Both the position numbers and the translations under genes were made by a program. From NCBI GenBank assembly GCA_963744145.1, contig CAVUSO010000001.1, forward strand, positions 5,056,001 to 5,120,000: 64,000 nt of DNA, read 5' to 3'. Under the pieces are notes generated by a model. It made no database searches, was not told where the DNA came from, and worked only from the letters and a program-made list of their open reading frames with translations. This stretch comes from an uncultured cyanobacterium (GTDB lineage Bacteria > Cyanobacteriota > Cyanobacteriia > Cyanobacteriales > CAWUOF01). The first letter of the stretch is position 1. Each line of letters starts with the position of its first letter. Positions 1 to 11,550 of this stretch are shown here, piece by piece.

Positions 1-101
1 TGTATTGTTTATAAGTAAAGAAGGGAATTCTGTCCCTGATATTAGGGGCAATATCGGAGAAGTTTTTTCATAACTAGCTTGGGTTAAGTGTCAGTTATGG
101 G

Positions 102-362
102 ATGAATATAAGAGAGGAAAATAGAGAAATGAATGTGCGAACTTTACAACTAAATTTTCCTAACACCATTGAACAAAGCGACGAAGAGTTACGTTTACTT
201 ATTGCCGCTAAATTATATGAAAATGGCACGTTAACATCAGGACAATCTGCCGAATTAGCAGGTTTAAGTAAGAGAGAATTTATTGAAGCGATCGGCAAGT
301 ACAATGTTTCAGTTTTTAGTAAATTAGTTGAAGATTTAGAATCGGATATTGAAAATGCCTAA
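102..362 (+). CDS. UPF0175-family antitoxin-like protein
   Basis: AAKLYENGTLTSGQSAELAGLSKREFIE signature; the overlapping ATG at ~355 looks like the start of a lost PIN partner. Confidence 0.75.
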   Translation: MNIREENREMNVRTLQLNFPNTIEQSDEELRLLIAAKLYENGTLTSGQSAELAGLSKREFIEAIGKYNVSVFSKLVEDLESDIENA

Positions 363-403
363 TGTGGTTGATAATGTCATTACTTTAAAGGTAAATCTCG
401 ACT

Positions 404-865
404 ATGTTAACTCAACCCAACCAATTAACTAAGAGTTTATATAATACCGACTATCATCTCTGGGTGCTAGAAACTCTGAAAAACCTAGAAAATAAAGATT
501 TTGAATCTCTGGATTTAGAAAATTTAATTGAGGAGGTCTCAGATTTGAGTCGGCGACAAAAAAAGAAATTAAAAAGTTTGTTAAGAAATTTGTTTGAGCA
601 TCTATTAAAGCTAAAGTATTGGCAAGCTGAACAGAATAATAACTTTAGGCATTGGCAAGGAGAAATTACTAATTTTCGTAAACAGATCAAAGATGAGCTT
701 GAAGATAGTCCTAGTCTTACTTCTTATCTGCTGGAAGTATTGGATAAGTGTTATCAAGATGGGCGGGAAATTGCCGCCGCGAAATCGGGACTTGCTCTAA
801 AAGTTTTTCCGGAACAGGCGATCGCCAATTTAGAACAAATATTAGATGAAAATTGGTTGCCTTAA
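404..865 (+). CDS. DUF29 family protein
   Basis: LYNTDYHLW..LDLENLIEEV..HLLKLKYW..LDENWLP motifs. Confidence 0.9.
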   Translation: MLTQPNQLTKSLYNTDYHLWVLETLKNLENKDFESLDLENLIEEVSDLSRRQKKKLKSLLRNLFEHLLKLKYWQAEQNNNFRHWQGEITNFRKQIKDELEDSPSLTSYLLEVLDKCYQDGREIAAAKSGLALKVFPEQAIANLEQILDENWLP

Positions 866-999
866 TCGGATTTGCAGATATATTTCCATCATAAATGTCG
901 CCAGGGAAGAATAATAATGGGACAGCTTAGAAATTTCGTAACACCCCTGCATCAAGCAACTCAGCGAGACTATCTAGCTCGCCTGGTTGATGATAAAGT

Positions 1000-1136
1000 T
1001 AAAAGCAGAATATGAAAGAAGCGATCGCAGTGTCTTACTACCAGACCTTGATATCGCTTTATTGACTCGTTATATTACTTATTACGACCAATACGATACT
1101 GTGATAGAATTTATTAATGTATTGAGACAAGTATAG
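1000..1136 (+). pseudogene. C-terminal fragment of a Uma2-family endonuclease
   Basis: Translates YERSDRSVLLPDLDIALLTRYITYYDQ..., typical of a Uma2 C-terminus; no start found. Confidence 0.5.
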
Positions 1137-1143
1137 GGAGGAA

Positions 1144-1941
1144 GTGGTAAAAATGCCTTCACCTTTTCCAGGAATGAACCCTTACCTAGAGCATCCTGAT
1201 TTATGGAGTGAAGTTCATAGTCGCTTAATTGTTGCTATCGCTAATGCAATTTTGCCCCAACTTAGTCTAAATTATCGGGTAGCTATTGAAAAACGTATCT
1301 ATCTAAGTATTTCTAATGAATTAGCAGGTATTCCTGATGTAACCATAATATCAAGACAATCTCCGACGACATTAACAACTACTAACCAGTATAATAGTAC
1401 CAGTCTACTTAATCACCTCGAACCTACCTTAGTTAAATTACCAATTCCAGAAACAGTAAAAGAAGGTTATTTAGAAATTAGGGAAGGTTTAGCAGGTAAA
1501 GTAATTACAGTCATAGAAATTCTCTCTCCGGCAAATAAACGCTCAGGTCCAGGACGCGATGAATATGAAAAAAAGAGAAATAAAGTTTTACAGCAGCAAA
1601 CAAATTTAGTCGAAATTGACTTACTTAGAGGTGGTAAACCAATGCCATTATTAGGAGTGAAAGCTAAATCTGATTATCGCATTTTAGTATGTCAAGGTGA
1701 GGAGTTACCTCATGGTAGATTATATGCTTTTACTATCCGTCAACCAATACCAATTTTCCCGGTTCCTTTGAAACTAGGAGAAACTCAACCAGAAGTAAAC
1801 TTACAAGAATTACTCCAGGAAATATATGAACAAGCCCGATTCGATCTAGCTATAGATTATTTACTCGAACCTGTACCACCTTTATCATCAAAAGACCGAG
1901 AATGGGCTAATCTGATCCTCCAGGAACAAAAGAAAAGGTAA
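1144..1941 (+). CDS. DUF4058 family protein (probable start ATG 1153)
   Basis: MPSPFPGMNPYLE start, IEILSPANK and EIDLLRGG motifs. Confidence 0.9.
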   Translation: MVKMPSPFPGMNPYLEHPDLWSEVHSRLIVAIANAILPQLSLNYRVAIEKRIYLSISNELAGIPDVTIISRQSPTTLTTTNQYNSTSLLNHLEPTLVKLPIPETVKEGYLEIREGLAGKVITVIEILSPANKRSGPGRDEYEKKRNKVLQQQTNLVEIDLLRGGKPMPLLGVKAKSDYRILVCQGEELPHGRLYAFTIRQPIPIFPVPLKLGETQPEVNLQELLQEIYEQARFDLAIDYLLEPVPPLSSKDREWANLILQEQKKR

Positions 1942-1989
1942 CAGCGATCGCACCTAAAAAAGTGCTAAAACTACCATAGAGGTAATGAG

Positions 1990-2433
1990 ATGAATAATGA
2001 ATCTGATCTGTATGAACAAGATTATTATCTCTGGTTACAAGCAACTTATCAGAGCTTAGAGAAAAAGGACATTGAGCTGATTGATTGGCCACATTTAATG
2101 GAGGAAATATTAAGTTTGGGCAACGAACAAAGACGTAAAGTAAATAGTTATTTACGACAACTTTTAATTCATTTATTACTTTACCAGTATTGGAAATCAG
2201 AAAGGGATATTTGCGCTAAGGGTTGGCAAAATGAAATTGATAATTTTCGATTTGAACTGGAATTATTGTTAAAGTCTCAGACTTTGTATAATTATTTTTT
2301 GCAGCAGATTGAAGAAATTTATCTCAAAGCGAGAAAGCAGGCAATTAAAAAAAGTGAATTGCTCCCAGAGATTTTTCCCGAACATTGTCCTTTTACTCCT
2401 GATGAGTTGCTGGATTCTGAATTTTTGCCCTAA
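1990..2433 (+). CDS. DUF29 family protein
   Basis: LYEQDYYLW..DWPHLMEEI..FPEHCPFT..LDSEFLP. Confidence 0.9.
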   Translation: MNNESDLYEQDYYLWLQATYQSLEKKDIELIDWPHLMEEILSLGNEQRRKVNSYLRQLLIHLLLYQYWKSERDICAKGWQNEIDNFRFELELLLKSQTLYNYFLQQIEEIYLKARKQAIKKSELLPEIFPEHCPFTPDELLDSEFLP

Positions 2434-2515
2434 TCATTTTTTCAGATTGACTGTCGATTAATTAGTGGATGATGTAGAATTAGACATTAGACTAAACAAT
2501 TGAGGTGATTTAATT

Positions 2516-3172
2516 ATGACTCAAATAAATCAAATAACCCAAGAGATAATTGTCCAATTAAGATCCCTATCTCCTGAACACCAACGGGCGGTAATTGATT
2601 TGATTAGTGCGTTGCAAGTATCCACCGCTAAATCCCAGGGAGATCAACCAGAATTAGATAGCAATAATGCGGTTATTAAAATTAGCGTTTATCAGGTGTT
2701 AGGCAAATCAGAGCTAACTTTTGAACATGAAGGTCAGATGATTTATTCCCTAATTGTTGAAGGGTTTAATCATGGTAAAACAGTAGTTTTATCGTTCAAA
2801 GATATCAAACAAATTACTTGGTCATTTATTACTAAGGCGATCGGTCAGTTGTATGAATATTTTCCTGAATATCAGATCCAATCTTCTTTGCAATTAGTGG
2901 ATATTACTGATGCAGATTTGGAATTTGTTAATCATATTATTCAAATCAAAAAGGATTATTTAAGAGACCCAGAAACTTTGAATCGACAGCTAACTAATGA
3001 AGAATTAGAAAAACTTCGACACGACTACCCTGACAATCACATATTTCAAGTAGTGGGGATGTTTAAAGATGATGAAACATTTGATGATATGTTGGCTTAC
3101 ATTGCTGAGTACCGTCAAGCATTAGATGAGGAATATTTTCGACAACTTGGTGTGGAGAAAGTGGAAAATTGA
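2516..3172 (+). CDS. STAS-like (DUF4325-like) domain protein with C-terminal antitoxin-like segment
   Basis: VVLSFKDIKQITWSFITKAIGQLY; C-terminal GMFKDDETFDDMLAYIAEYRQ; overlaps a PIN start. Confidence 0.55.
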   Translation: MTQINQITQEIIVQLRSLSPEHQRAVIDLISALQVSTAKSQGDQPELDSNNAVIKISVYQVLGKSELTFEHEGQMIYSLIVEGFNHGKTVVLSFKDIKQITWSFITKAIGQLYEYFPEYQIQSSLQLVDITDADLEFVNHIIQIKKDYLRDPETLNRQLTNEELEKLRHDYPDNHIFQVVGMFKDDETFDDMLAYIAEYRQALDEEYFRQLGVEKVEN

Positions 3173-3625
3173 CTCTAAGAATATTAGATACAGATCATAT
3201 TTCTCTATTGGAGAGAGCGCAACCTTTAATAGTTGAGCGATTCAAGAGATACCCTGTGGAAAAAATAGCAATAACCATAATTACTTGGGAAGAACAAATA
3301 CGTGGTCGTCTGAATATAATTAGACAAGCTACTTCTTCCGAACAAAGAATATCAGCTTATACCAACATGAAGTTTACAGAAACTAAACTGAAGGGAGCTT
3401 TTGTTATAGAAGTGGAGCCAATTGAAGATGAGCGAGGTTTTTTTTGCTCGGTCTTGGTGCCAAAAAGAGTTGACCAACTATGGTTTAAATCCTCACTGGG
3501 TTTTTCCAGGGTTAGCGCATCTAATTTTGTCACCGATGACCCAAGAATCGACCGAACTAAACGACATTTATTAATTGATATTGTTGGCTATTGCTATTTT
3601 AGCAGTTCTGTGTGGTGCTGACAGG
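3169..3625 (+). pseudogene. Chimeric ORF: PIN/VapC N-terminus + RmlC-like N-terminus + ISAs1 transposase fragment
   Basis: ILDTDHISLL..ITWEEQIRGRL (PIN); MKFTETKLKGAFVIEVEPIEDERGFF (dTDP-sugar epimerase start); DPRIDRTKRHLLIDI (ISAs1 N-terminus). Confidence 0.7.
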
Positions 3626-3870
3626 GTAAGCGGATCTAAATTGAGATAAATTTTACTTGACAAAAAAGCATTGATAATGATCATCATTCAACGACCATCC
3701 ACGCTAACTCTCTTCATCTGAGGTAATGCTTCCATGTCTCAATGCTTTAAATTGACTGATGCGCCCTCTACAATTAACTGAACTGTATTGGCCATATTTT
3801 GATATGATCGACCAGTTGTGGGTAGCAGATTTATTGGCGATCACAGCTTATTTTAGTAAAGGGTTATTCT

Positions 3871-5151
3871 ATGTCTAGTTCCCAACTTAAACGAGACTTG
3901 GGTCTGTTCGGTGCCGTGATGATGGGACTAGGTGCCATTATTGGTACAGGTGTTTTTGTCAGTATTGGAATTGCCGCGGGAATTGCTGGACCTGCGGTGA
4001 TTTTAGCAGTCGCGATCGCTGCATTAGTGGCAACTTGTAATGGTTTAAATAGCGCTCAACTCGCGGCTAATCACGCAGTTAGTGGGGGAACTTATGAATA
4101 TGGATATCATTATCTCACCCCAGCACTGGGTTTTACTGCCGGTTGGATGTTTTTAATTGCTAAATCAGCTTCCGCTGCTACCGCAGCTTTAGGTTTTGCG
4201 GGTTATTTTTTAAATTTTATCGGTTGGAGCGATCGCAGTTTATTAATTCCTTTAGCCCTCGGTGCGGTGTTGGGATTTACCTTAATTGTCCTCGGAGGTA
4301 TTAAACGTTCTAATTTTGCCAATATTGTGATCGTTTCAATTACCCTGCTGTCTTTAGCTTTCTTTGCGATCGCCGGATTACCCACCGTTACCCAAACCGG
4401 ATTAACCCATTTCACCCCCTTCTTTAATTCTACTCCATTAACTTCTATTCTCCATGCTAGTGCTTTAATGTTTGTCGCCTATAGTGGATATGGACGGATT
4501 GCTACTTTAGGGGAAGAAGTCCATGAACCTAAACGCACGATTCCGCAAGCGATAATTATGACCTTACTGATCACCATGCTGCTCTATATGGTAGTGGCGA
4601 TCGTGGCAGTTGGTGCAGTCGGAGCCACAGAAATGGAGTTGGCTACCCATCAGAAATTTGCTGCACCATTAGAATTAGTAGCAAGTCAGTTTAGCATTAC
4701 TGGTAGTTCTCAAATTATTGCCGTTGGTGCTATAACTGCCATGTTAGGGGTACTACTTAACTTAATTATCGGGTTATCGCGGGTAGTGCTAGCAATGGGT
4801 AGAAGAAGGGATTTGCCCCAGATATTCTCAAGATTAAATAACCAGGGAACAACTCCAAGTCTAGCTGTGATCTTGGTGGGAGTAGCGATCGCGGGTTTAG
4901 TCTTAATTGGTGATGTGAAAACTACTTGGTCTTTTAGTGCTTTTTCGATTTTAATCTACTATGCCATTACCAATTTAGCAGCATTAAACCTTTCGGCAGA
5001 AGCAAGACTTTATCCCCGTTGGGTGGGATGGATGGGGTTATCTAGTTGTTTACTATTGGCTTTTTGGGTCGAACGTGAGATCTGGATAACGGGTATTGGC
5101 TTAATCCTGGCTGGATTAATTTGGCATAAATTGAGAAAACTGCAAAATTGA
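3871..5151 (+). CDS. APC-family amino acid permease, copy 1
   Basis: LKRDLGLFGAVMMGLGAIIGTGVF, multi-TM, GEEVHEPKRTIPQA. Confidence 0.92.
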   Translation: MSSSQLKRDLGLFGAVMMGLGAIIGTGVFVSIGIAAGIAGPAVILAVAIAALVATCNGLNSAQLAANHAVSGGTYEYGYHYLTPALGFTAGWMFLIAKSASAATAALGFAGYFLNFIGWSDRSLLIPLALGAVLGFTLIVLGGIKRSNFANIVIVSITLLSLAFFAIAGLPTVTQTGLTHFTPFFNSTPLTSILHASALMFVAYSGYGRIATLGEEVHEPKRTIPQAIIMTLLITMLLYMVVAIVAVGAVGATEMELATHQKFAAPLELVASQFSITGSSQIIAVGAITAMLGVLLNLIIGLSRVVLAMGRRRDLPQIFSRLNNQGTTPSLAVILVGVAIAGLVLIGDVKTTWSFSAFSILIYYAITNLAALNLSAEARLYPRWVGWMGLSSCLLLAFWVEREIWITGIGLILAGLIWHKLRKLQN

Positions 5152-5168
5152 TAGTAAAGGGTTATTCT

Positions 5169-6449
5169 ATGTCTAGTTCTCAACTTAAACGGGACTTGGG
5201 TCTGTTTGGTGCCGTGATGATGGGACTAGGTGCCATTATTGGTACAGGTGTTTTTGTCAGTATTGGAATTGCCGCGGGAATTGCTGGACCTGGGGTGATT
5301 TTAGCAGTCGCGATCGCTGCATTAGTGGCAACTTGTAATGGTTTAAGTATCGCTCAACTTGCGGCTAATCATGCAGTTAGTGGGGGAACTTATGAATATG
5401 GATATCATTATCTCACCCCAGCACTGGGTTTTACTGCCGGTTGGATGTTTTTAGTGGCTAAATCAACTTCAGCTGCTACCGCAGCTTTAGGTTTTGCGGG
5501 TTATTTTTTAAATTTTATCGGTTGGAGCGATCGCAGTTTATTAATTCCTTTAGCCCTCGGTGCGGTGTTGGGATTTACCTTAATTGTCCTCGGAGGTATT
5601 AAACGTTCTAATTTTGCCAATATTGCGATCGTTTCGATTACCGTGCTGTCTTTAGCTTTTTTTGTGATCGCCGGATTAACCACCGTTACCCAAACGGGAT
5701 TAACTCATTTCACGCCCTTCTTTAATTCTACTCCATTAACTTCTGTTCTCCATGCTAGTGCTTTAATGTTTGTCGCCTATAGTGGATATGGACGAATTAC
5801 TACTTTAAGTGAAGAAGTCCATGAACCTAAACGCACGATTCCGCAAGCGATAATTATTACTTTACTGATCACCATGCTGCTCTATATGGTAGTGGCGATC
5901 GTGGCAGTTGGTGCAGTCGGAGCCACAGAAATGGAGTTGGCTACCCATCAGAAATTTGCTGCACCATTAGAATTAGTAGCAAGTCAGTTTAGCATTACTG
6001 GTAGTTCTCAAATTATTGCCGTTGGTGCTATAACTGCCATGTTAGGGGTGCTACTCAACTTAATTATTGGTTTATCACGGGTAGTGCTAGCAATGGCCAG
6101 AAAACAGGATTTACCCCAGATATTCTCAAGATTAAATAGCCAGGAAACAAGTCCAGATTTAGCTGTGATCTTGGTCGGAGTAGCGATCGCGGGTTTAGTC
6201 TTAATTGGTGACGTGAAAACTACTTGGTCTTTTAGTGCTTTTTCGATTTTAATCTACTATGCCATTACCAATTTAGCAACATTAAAACTTTCAGCAGAAG
6301 CAAGACTTTATCCCCGTTGGGTGGGATGGATGGGGTTATTTAGTTGTTTACTGTTAGCTTTTTGGGTCGAACCTGAGAATCTGGATGACGGGAATTGGAT
6401 TAATCCTGGCTGGATTAATTTGGCATAAATTGAGAAAACTGAAAATTGA
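5169..6449 (+). CDS. APC-family amino acid permease, copy 2 (+1 indel near 6378 alters the last TM)
   Basis: Near-identical tandem copy; gagaatctgg versus gagatctgg in copy 1. Confidence 0.88.
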
Positions 6450-6496
6450 TGTCCAGGAGGAAAGAGTATAAATTCCCACCTCCTGAGTTTGGTTGT

Positions 6497-6709
6497 TTAA
6501 GCTTCATCGTAAGCTTCTAGATCAAGGAGATGGATATATGGTTCGACTAAATTGGGACGCTGAAATGCGATCGCTCTCAATAAATGCCAATCCTCTAATC
6601 CTTCAAAAACAGTAGCATAATCATCTTGATCCAGGCGTGCAGCCAGCTTTTCTACATCAGCTACACTCAAAGCCGAAATATCTTGCTTAGAAATGTGAGA
6701 AGTTGCCAT
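6497..6709 (-). CDS. DUF2555-type conserved cyanobacterial protein
   Basis: LAARLDQDDY..DWHLLRAIAFQRP. Confidence 0.8.
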   Translation of the reverse strand: MATSHISKQDISALSVADVEKLAARLDQDDYATVFEGLEDWHLLRAIAFQRPNLVEPYIHLLDLEAYDEA

Positions 6710-6848
6710 TGCTAACGCCCTCCATTAATTACGACCTGTATCTAGCTCGCTGACTAGACACATTTGCTAATTCTATTGTAACTGATGACTTTTAGCTTGA
6801 AAAAATAACTTATCTTATCCCAATTTAATGTGAAGTTGCATAGAGCTA

Positions 6849-6982
6849 GATCCCCCTAAATCCCCCTTAACAAGGGGGACTTTAAATTCATGCTCCCCCT
6901 TGTTAAGGGGGCTGGGGGGATGGCTCCCCCCGTTAAGGGGTGGGGGGATGGCTCCCCCTTGTTAAGGGGGCTGGGGGGATCA
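6849..6982. repeat. Cyanobacterial palindromic repeat cluster (CCCCCTTGTTAAGGGGG units)
   Basis: About four GC-rich hairpin units in tandem. Confidence 0.8.
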
Positions 6983-7011
6983 ATTCTCTGCACCCTCATC
7001 GAAAATTGGTA

Positions 7012-7665
7012 TTAAACACTTTTTGATTTTGTTGGTGCTAGAGTCTCAAGGATAAACTGTCGGATTAACTTGATTCCTGCTGGAATGATCTCATGTCCCA
7101 TCTCAAGCTCATGGTATTCTACCGGGAAACCCACAGCAGTTAAATCATCTCGTGATTTTCTAGCTGCCGACAATAGGACAACATGATCATGTTTACCATG
7201 TAAAATTAATATTGGTTTAATGATTTTTTCTTCGATCGCTTTTGGATCAAAATGAAGATATCCACTCAAACATATTAACCCAGCCAAGGGCAAGTTAAAC
7301 CCAACATCGAGAGTCATTGCCCCACCTTGCGAAAACCCGCTTAAAATTGTCTTCTCTAAAGGTACTCCCGAGATCCCTTCGACCGAAGCTAACCATTCGA
7401 TCAGCAATTGCCGACTTTCAACTAACTCTTCTTCCCGCTGGTTCTCAAAGTCATACCACATTTTTCCGTCTGAGGAATAGGGATGGGGAAAAGGGGCTTC
7501 AGGAAATAAAAAGTGATAGTCAGGTAGGTTTAAAAAAGGCACCAAAGATGGTAAATCATTAGCATTCGCACCCCAACCATGTAATAATATAATCAGACCA
7601 GTAGCAGGTTGACCGTTGGCTGGGGGAATGTTAATTACTTTTAAAGACAAAAGTTTTCTCCGCAA
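7012..7665 (-). CDS. Alpha/beta hydrolase (phospholipase/carboxylesterase)
   Basis: LHGWGAN, GFSQGG nucleophile elbow, HGKHD, MGHEI. Confidence 0.9.
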   Translation of the reverse strand: MRRKLLSLKVINIPPANGQPATGLIILLHGWGANANDLPSLVPFLNLPDYHFLFPEAPFPHPYSSDGKMWYDFENQREEELVESRQLLIEWLASVEGISGVPLEKTILSGFSQGGAMTLDVGFNLPLAGLICLSGYLHFDPKAIEEKIIKPILILHGKHDHVVLLSAARKSRDDLTAVGFPVEYHELEMGHEIIPAGIKLIRQFILETLAPTKSKSV

Positions 7666-7891
7666 TTAAATATAATCTTTCACAAAGAATACAACAGACC
7701 TTGAGAGAAAATTGAGATAGATCAGTATTTTTTTAACAACTATTTTGGGAAATATTTTGGGAAATATTTTTGCAAGTAAAAAGTGAAAGATTAAACTAGA
7801 ATAGTTATAACCCTATTTTTCAATAGAGTTAGCTCATTTTTGCTTTTTACTTTTCACTTTTTACCAGTTATTATTTTAGGAGCGAGACTGG

Positions 7892-8164
7892 TTAAACCAA
7901 AGATCCTTGTGCCATTCCAAAGCCACCACGACGACGATCTTCTTGATAGTTACCTCTAAATGAGCCGCTTTCGCCCCCATTTCCAGCTTGTCCATTACCG
8001 CTACCGTCCCACTGATTATCGCCCTCTTCATCAGTAGTTTTCTTCATTCCTCCTTGATATCGTCTTTTGGAGAAACGACCATTAGTTTTGCGTTTGCGGA
8101 ATTTGCGGGCGTATGCCTGATTGCGTAAGGCTTTTTCTTTTTTTGGGTTGCGGCGTTTAGCCAT
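7892..8164 (-). CDS. Small basic conserved cyanobacterial protein
   Basis: MAKRRNPKKEKALRNQAYARKFRK; GAGG-like RBS upstream of this Met. Confidence 0.7.
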   Translation of the reverse strand: MAKRRNPKKEKALRNQAYARKFRKRKTNGRFSKRRYQGGMKKTTDEEGDNQWDGSGNGQAGNGGESGSFRGNYQEDRRRGGFGMAQGSLV

Positions 8165-8714
8165 TTTGACCTCATAAATAAACGACAATGATACTACCAG
8201 GATTGGGATACTGCCAGATAATCAGTGCTTTTTGCAGCAACTATTCCTAGAGTCAGCCCCCTTCTGGTTAGGTTGTAATCAACACCAGATGTTGGAAATT
8301 AATTTCCGAAAGCAATATACGGCTTAGTCTGATCGATAAATTAGGAGATCATCTCCTCCTCGTGACCTTAATGCCGTATTCTGAAAATATTTCTTTCAGG
8401 TCTGCTTTGGATTGCTGGATCTAACCGGTTGTCCAAGTAAATGGTCATTAAGAAATTATCCATCCCAACTCTAAAGTCAAGATGAAAGTCGGTGAGATCT
8501 GTGCAAAAAACCTCGCTGCTTGAGCCGCGATCGGATGCTCAGACGTTCAATTTGCTATCGGGGCCAAACGGGTCACTCGACTACTGACGTTACCGAACTT
8601 ACATCTATCTAGTCCATCATATCATGTTCTTTTTTTTTGCCTGCTAGGTAATAAAGGAAATCAGATTTGATATAATTACTCGGTTGTCCATTTATACCCT
8701 GGGGTTAACCAATA

Positions 8715-10266
8715 ATGGCAGGTTTAGCGCTGCTGAGTACATCTGACAAAACCGGACTAATCGATTTAGCGATAACTCTGGTAGAAAAATATAATTTTGA
8801 GCTGATTAGCAGTGGTGGAACGGCTCAAACCCTGAAAAATGCTGGGATAAATGTCACTAAGGTTTCCGATTATACTGGTTTTCCAGAAATATTAGGTGGA
8901 AGAGTGAAAACTTTACACCCTCGAATTCATGGGGGAATTCTCGCTAGACGGGATTTACCCGAAGAATTTAGAAGATTTAAACCATCATCAGATTCGTCCC
9001 ATTGATTTGGTGGTAGTTAATCTTTATCCCTTTGAGCAAACGATCGCTAATCCAGAGGTAAGTTTAGCTAACGCGATCGAACAAATTGATATCGGTGGTC
9101 CAGCCATGTTGCGGGCTGCTGCCAAAAACTATCATCATCTTACAGTTTTATGTAATCCAGCTCAATATGATGGTTATCTGAAAGAAATTGAGCAGAATCA
9201 GGGTACAGCATCTTTAGCTTTTCGTCAAGCTTGTGCCCAAGCAGCATTTTCCCATACTGCAACTTATGATTTAGCGATCGCGAATTATCTAGAGCAATCT
9301 GGGACACCAAATCCCTTAGCTCCTCTCCCCTCAGTTTTTGGATTAGCAGGAAAACAACTACAATCTTTAAGATATGGAGAAAATCCCCATCAACCAGCAG
9401 CTTGGTATCAAGTCGGAGCGATCGCTCAAGGTTGGGCAGCAGCAATTAAACTACAAGGGAAAGAATTAAGCTATAATAATTTAATTGATTTAGAAGCAGC
9501 ACGACGATTGATTACGGAATTTAGAGATGTCCCAGCAGCAGTCGTGATTAAACATACTAATCCTTGTGGGGTAGCACTAGGAAGCACTTTAAACGAAGCC
9601 TATAATAAAGCTTTTCAGGCTGATTCAGTTTCTGCTTTTGGCGGAATTGTAGCTTTAAATCAGCCCATTGATGGTGCTACTGCAACTGCATTGACGAAAA
9701 CATTTTTAGAATGTGTAGTAGCACCAGGATATGAACCAGATGCAGCAGAAATTCTCCATCATAAGTCTAAGGTACGAGTTTTAATTTTACCTGATTTAGT
9801 CACCGGATCTCAGCGTTTGGTTAAAGCAATTGCTGGGGGATTTTTAGTGCAGGATGCGGATGATTTGGTAGAAAATAGTAGTCAATGGCAGATAGTAACT
9901 GAAAAACATCCTGATCCTAGTCAGATGGAAGAGTTACTATTTGCTTGGAAAGTAGCTAAACACGTTAAGTCTAATGGAATTGTCATCACTCGCGATCGGG
10001 CTACTTTAGGAATTGGTGCTGGTCAAATGAATCGGGTCGGTTCGGTGAAAATTGCTTTAGAACAAGCAGGAGCAAAAGCTCAAGGTGCAGTTTTAGCTAG
10101 TGATGGTTTTTTCCCCTTTGATGATTCAGTCCGAATTGCTGCTAGTCAAGGAATTACAGCGATCGTTCAACCTGGAGGTAGTTTGAAAGATGATGATTCG
10201 ATTAAAGCTGCAAATGAATTAGGATTGGTGATGGTTTTCACTGGTGTGCGTCATTTTCTCCATTAA
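8715..10266 (+). CDS. purH: Bifunctional AICAR transformylase/IMP cyclohydrolase, split by a +1 indel near 8965 (probably an assembly error)
   Basis: [40 protein letters not shown] across two overlapping ORFs. Confidence 0.95.
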
Positions 10267-10290
10267 AAACATGATTGTCAAAGAAAATTA

Positions 10291-11142
10291 ATGATGGTAA
10301 ACACTTCCTTATCACTAAGTTCCCATGATGTAACAGTGAAAATCCTGTTAATGGGTGGTCAGGAATATACAGTCATCCTCAAGTCTGATTCTCCGATCTT
10401 AAGCAGTCTATTTCAAGCAGTTGGTTTAGTTTCTCAATGGGAAGCAAATCCCTTAAGTCAAGTGTTTGAAATTCCGCTCAATCAAGGTCGAGCATCCTTA
10501 TGTTTTCCGAGAAAGTATTTAGTTGGATTAGTTACAGACCCACCGATAACAATCAATCAAGTTCAACCGTCGTTATATTTGCATATTCCCAATTTTCTAC
10601 CTGTCGAAGAAAATAAAGCCCTGTTAGAATATGTTTGTAATCATCCCTCTTCCTTTGCTCCATCCCAAATTTCCCACGTTAATCCTGAGCATAATTACCG
10701 GAAGTCTCTGGTATCATACTCCTTCTATCGACCAATGATTACTCGGGTTGAATCAATTGCACCTTATGTATTAGATCAGCTAAATGTTGCTCAATTTCCT
10801 TTCTGGGTAGAATCACAGTTAACTGCTAGTAACGATGGTGATTTTTTTAAAATTCATAAGGATAACTATAGTCCAGAATTACTCACGCGAGAACTTACCT
10901 ATGTGTACTATTTTTATCGAGAACCAAAAGCTTTTACTGGAGGAGAATTGCAGTTGTATGATGATCAGGTAGAAAGTAATTTTTATGTGCCAGCTAATAC
11001 CTATAAAATAATTCAACCGCTTAACAATAGTATCATTTTTTTCTTGAGTCATCATTGGCACGAAGTTTTACCAGTAAGTTGTCCTTCCCAAGCTTTTGGT
11101 GACAGTCGTTTTACTATTAATGGTTGGATTAGACGTAGATAA
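10291..11142 (+). CDS. 2OG-Fe(II) oxygenase (prolyl-hydroxylase-like), copy 1
   Basis: HKD..HEV..SRFTINGW metal and 2OG motifs. Confidence 0.88.
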   Translation: MMVNTSLSLSSHDVTVKILLMGGQEYTVILKSDSPILSSLFQAVGLVSQWEANPLSQVFEIPLNQGRASLCFPRKYLVGLVTDPPITINQVQPSLYLHIPNFLPVEENKALLEYVCNHPSSFAPSQISHVNPEHNYRKSLVSYSFYRPMITRVESIAPYVLDQLNVAQFPFWVESQLTASNDGDFFKIHKDNYSPELLTRELTYVYYFYREPKAFTGGELQLYDDQVESNFYVPANTYKIIQPLNNSIIFFLSHHWHEVLPVSCPSQAFGDSRFTINGWIRRR

Positions 11143-11169
11143 AGTAGGTGAGTGGAGATAAAATTGGTA

Positions 11170-11495
11170 GGGGTAGGGGCGAAGCATTCGGGCGACAATT
11201 GAGCAATGAAACCAGCAATATTAGATCCGAATGCTTCACCCTTCTTCTAAAGCCGAAATATCTCAAAAAATTCTTAACTGAATGTATTTTAATATATAGT
11301 TGATCTGTTGGCTGCATAGATGGTAAGGGCAAAGCATTTCGGTAATATTATTCTTCCCTTCGACTACGCCCCCTTCGACTACGCTCAGGGTAAACTTCGA
11401 CTCCGCCCTTCGACTACGCTCAGGGTAAACTCAGGGTAAACTCAGGGTAAACGTTTAAGCTATCATTTATTTGCCGAAATGCTTTGCCCCTACAG
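11170..11495. repeat. REP-like palindromic cluster (GTAGGGGCGAAGCATTCGG type and CTTCGACTACGCTCAGGG type)
   Basis: Inverted repeats; the same units recur at ~55070, ~55340 and ~60780-60870. Confidence 0.75.
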
Positions 11496-11550
11496 TTAAC
11501 TGAACCGTAGTGTACAATATTTAGTTTCACCAAAAAAAAAACAATCAATT

